From: Chloroflexota bacterium
GTDB taxonomy: Bacteria; Chloroflexota; UBA5177
DNA length: 35,746 bases
NCBI GenBank assembly: GCA_036732245.1
Contig: DAINCT010000001.1
Location: forward strand, 1 to 35,746
Direction of reading: 5' to 3'
Part shown: positions 34,194 to 35,746 of the stretch, piece by piece
How the letters are laid out: the number at the start of each line of letters is the position of its first letter
Numbering within the stretch: position 1 is the first letter of the stretch
The notes under the pieces: model-generated
The model's input: the letters and a program-made list of their open reading frames with translations, nothing else
What the model was told of the DNA's origin: nothing
Database searches by the model: none
Position numbers and translations under genes: made by a program

Positions 34194-35474
34194 TCAGGAG
34201 CCCGCGGCGGATGCTGCGGCTTCAGCATCGCGGACGCGGAGCCGGCCCGACATGAGATGCGGGAGTAGTGCGTCGCGTGTCGCGGCGAGGGTACGGTTCT
34301 CTTCGGATGTAGCGAACACCGCCTCGCGAAGTGGCGCGGCGATCAACTCGAAGCCTTCGATCACCTCTGCCGATGCCGCGGGAGCGGGCGCGCCGAGAAA
34401 GCGGTCTGCCCGAACGGCGGGGTAGGCGCTACCCTCTGCAACGTTCTCGAGGTAGGCGGTGAAATCGGGCCGCTTTGTCACCTCATAGAGGTATGCGAAG
34501 CCGACTCGTTTTGGAGTGAGCACAGCAAGTCCAGTTGAAGCCACGAGCATCGGGTCGTCGGCAAGGTTGAGCGCGTGCGATCGGCGATTTGGACGGACGG
34601 TGGACCAAATGACATCGCCGCGCCGGAGGGCCCGCCGGGCGCGGCCTGGCGCCTCGTCCCAGTCAGTGACACTTGGGTACTCAAAAACGCCGACACCGAC
34701 CGACGCGATGTCTACGTAACGCAACTGGCCGCCGACGATCGGCTTAACTGCCAACTCGTTCACGGCCGCGATGTGGCCCAGGTTTGTCTTGTCTGGCGTC
34801 TGGCCCAGCAGTTCCTCGAGCAACGTCGCGAGGTAGCGGTCCACAGTCTCGGCGAGGGCGGAGTTGGCGGCGATCTTGTCATCGAGCGAACCCAGCACCT
34901 GGGCGACCGCCTGCTGCTCCGTCGGCGAAGGAAGCAATCCATGAAGCGCTTTTGCGTCGGGGTAGTACATAGTCGCGTGCACCGACCCGTGGGCGAATCG
35001 CCGCACGCTATCTGACTCGGACATGAGTAGGTAGCGGAGGTAATTGGGGTTGAGACCGGGGCCGCACACCCAGTTCACGAAGTCTTGGCTTGTCGCCATC
35101 GGACGTCCGAGTTGCACCACATAGCCGACAGACGCCGTGCGGGAGAGGCACACTGTGCCAGTAGGAAGCAATCTGGCCGAAGAGTTGTCGATTCCGGACT
35201 GGCTGACATGCTGATCCGTGTCGAATATGACGCGACCATGGTTGCCGGTTGCGTCTCGGATTCCGACCCAAGGAATGCCGTCGTCCCAATAGTCAGGACG
35301 ACTCCGCGACGGCGTGTGACCACTCTCCAACCGGGCGACCTCCGAGAGTGGTGTCCAAGCGAAGCCGTCGGGTTCGGGGAGGGTCGTAGGGCGGCCGATG
35401 CTGAGAGACGCGATGCCTGGCACGACGGCATCAGTTGCGCGGCGGCCTCCAGTGGCTGTTTCTCGGCGGGCCAT
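34194..35474 (-). CDS. hsdS: Type I restriction-modification specificity subunit (HsdS), two target-recognition domains
   Basis: Two TRD-like halves separated by a conserved helical spacer (...EQQAVAQVLGSLDDKIAANSAL...). C-terminal ...LLPHLMSGRLRV. ATG 35474 shares a base with the hsdM TGA. The track uses GTG 35477. Confidence 0.9.
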   Translation of the reverse strand: MARRETATGGRRATDAVVPGIASLSIGRPTTLPEPDGFAWTPLSEVARLESGHTPSRSRPDYWDDGIPWVGIRDATGNHGRVIFDTDQHVSQSGIDNSSARLLPTGTVCLSRTASVGYVVQLGRPMATSQDFVNWVCGPGLNPNYLRYLLMSESDSVRRFAHGSVHATMYYPDAKALHGLLPSPTEQQAVAQVLGSLDDKIAANSALAETVDRYLATLLEELLGQTPDKTNLGHIAAVNELAVKPIVGGQLRYVDIASVGVGVFEYPSVTDWDEAPGRARRALRRGDVIWSTVRPNRRSHALNLADDPMLVASTGLAVLTPKRVGFAYLYEVTKRPDFTAYLENVAEGSAYPAVRADRFLGAPAPAASAEVIEGFELIAAPLREAVFATSEENRTLAATRDALLPHLMSGRLRVRDAEAAASAAGS

Positions 35475-35746
35475 CACACTCGGCCCAGCTGTTCGCGCAC
35501 GACGTCGGCCAGCCGTGACGACTCGGCGAACTGGGCTTCCAACTCTGCGAGGAGCCGTGCGAGCTTCTCCTCGATCGGCTCGCCGTCATTTACTTCGTCC
35601 GGGGCGCCGACGTAGCGGCCAGGTGTGAGGGCGTAGTCGGCTGCCTTGATCTCGGCAAGCGTCGCGGTGTAGGCGAAGCCTGGAACATCCGCGTACTCGT
35701 CGAGCGCGGCGTCCGATTCGATTCCTCGCCATGCATGGAACGTGCC
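35474..35746 (-). CDS. hsdM: Type I R-M DNA methyltransferase subunit (HsdM), C-terminal end only (gene continues beyond the window)
   Basis: Hand translation: ...GTFHAWRGIESDAALDEYADVPGFAYTATLAEIKAADYALTPGRYVGAPDEVNDGEPIEEKLARLLAELEAQFAESSRLADVVREQLGRV-stop. The ...GF...EI...DY.LTPGRYVG block is the classic HsdM C-terminus. Confidence 0.85.
   Translation of the reverse strand, partial: GTFHAWRGIESDAALDEYADVPGFAYTATLAEIKAADYALTPGRYVGAPDEVNDGEPIEEKLARLLAELEAQFAESSRLADVVREQLGRV

Overview
High-G+C, actinobacterial-type DNA; taxonomy is inferred from composition and codon usage only. The window is a mosaic of one coherent metabolic locus flanked by decayed mobile and accessory DNA. (1) 1-8300: IS21-family debris (two diverged istB remnants and a frameshifted, internally deleted istA). 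It also holds small accessory genes (GNAT, MBL-fold hydrolase, TetR, NUDIX). A lower-G+C insert carries an N-terminally truncated P63C-like ORF and a 320-aa HEPN-like protein, and this insert has truncated a family III CoA-transferase gene. (2) 8400-21200: a sugar-utilisation locus. It starts with a beta-helix / F5-8 type C / ricin-lectin protein whose signal peptide is cut off by an in-frame TGA. Then come the FAH-SDR pair, a GntR/FadR regulator, and a seven-gene translationally coupled operon. That operon encodes a lipoprotein SBP, two ABC permeases, an uncharacterised 673-aa protein, an RhaM-type mutarotase, a COG3618-type amidohydrolase and an aldo/keto reductase. The content matches a non-phosphorylative L-fucose/6-deoxyhexose route, but no sugar-acid dehydratase is present. 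(3) 21300-27600: an IS701-type transposase relic, a TehA/SLAC1-like transporter and a CGNR zinc-finger protein. A two-gene Cys/His-rich membrane operon follows, sitting behind a promoter that closely resembles the Tn501/Tn21 MerR operator. Also here are a secreted protein with an S/T/P repeat linker, a frameshifted gamma-CA-like gene, a frameshifted cupin gene and a Tn3 transposase fragment. (4) 27670-35746: tRNA-derived att-like repeats, including a 3' fragment of tRNA-Pro, followed by an island with a type I R-M operon (hsdM-hsdS-X-hsdR). X is a GTPase-DUF697 fusion in the position that prrC occupies in the EcoprrI locus. A lower-G+C two-gene module of unknown function (82 aa + 400 aa) lies downstream of hsdR. 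The best candidates for an undescribed system are the R-M-embedded GTPase and this trailing module. No CRISPR array, rRNA or intact tRNA was found. Many long antisense ORFs in the track are high-G+C artefacts.
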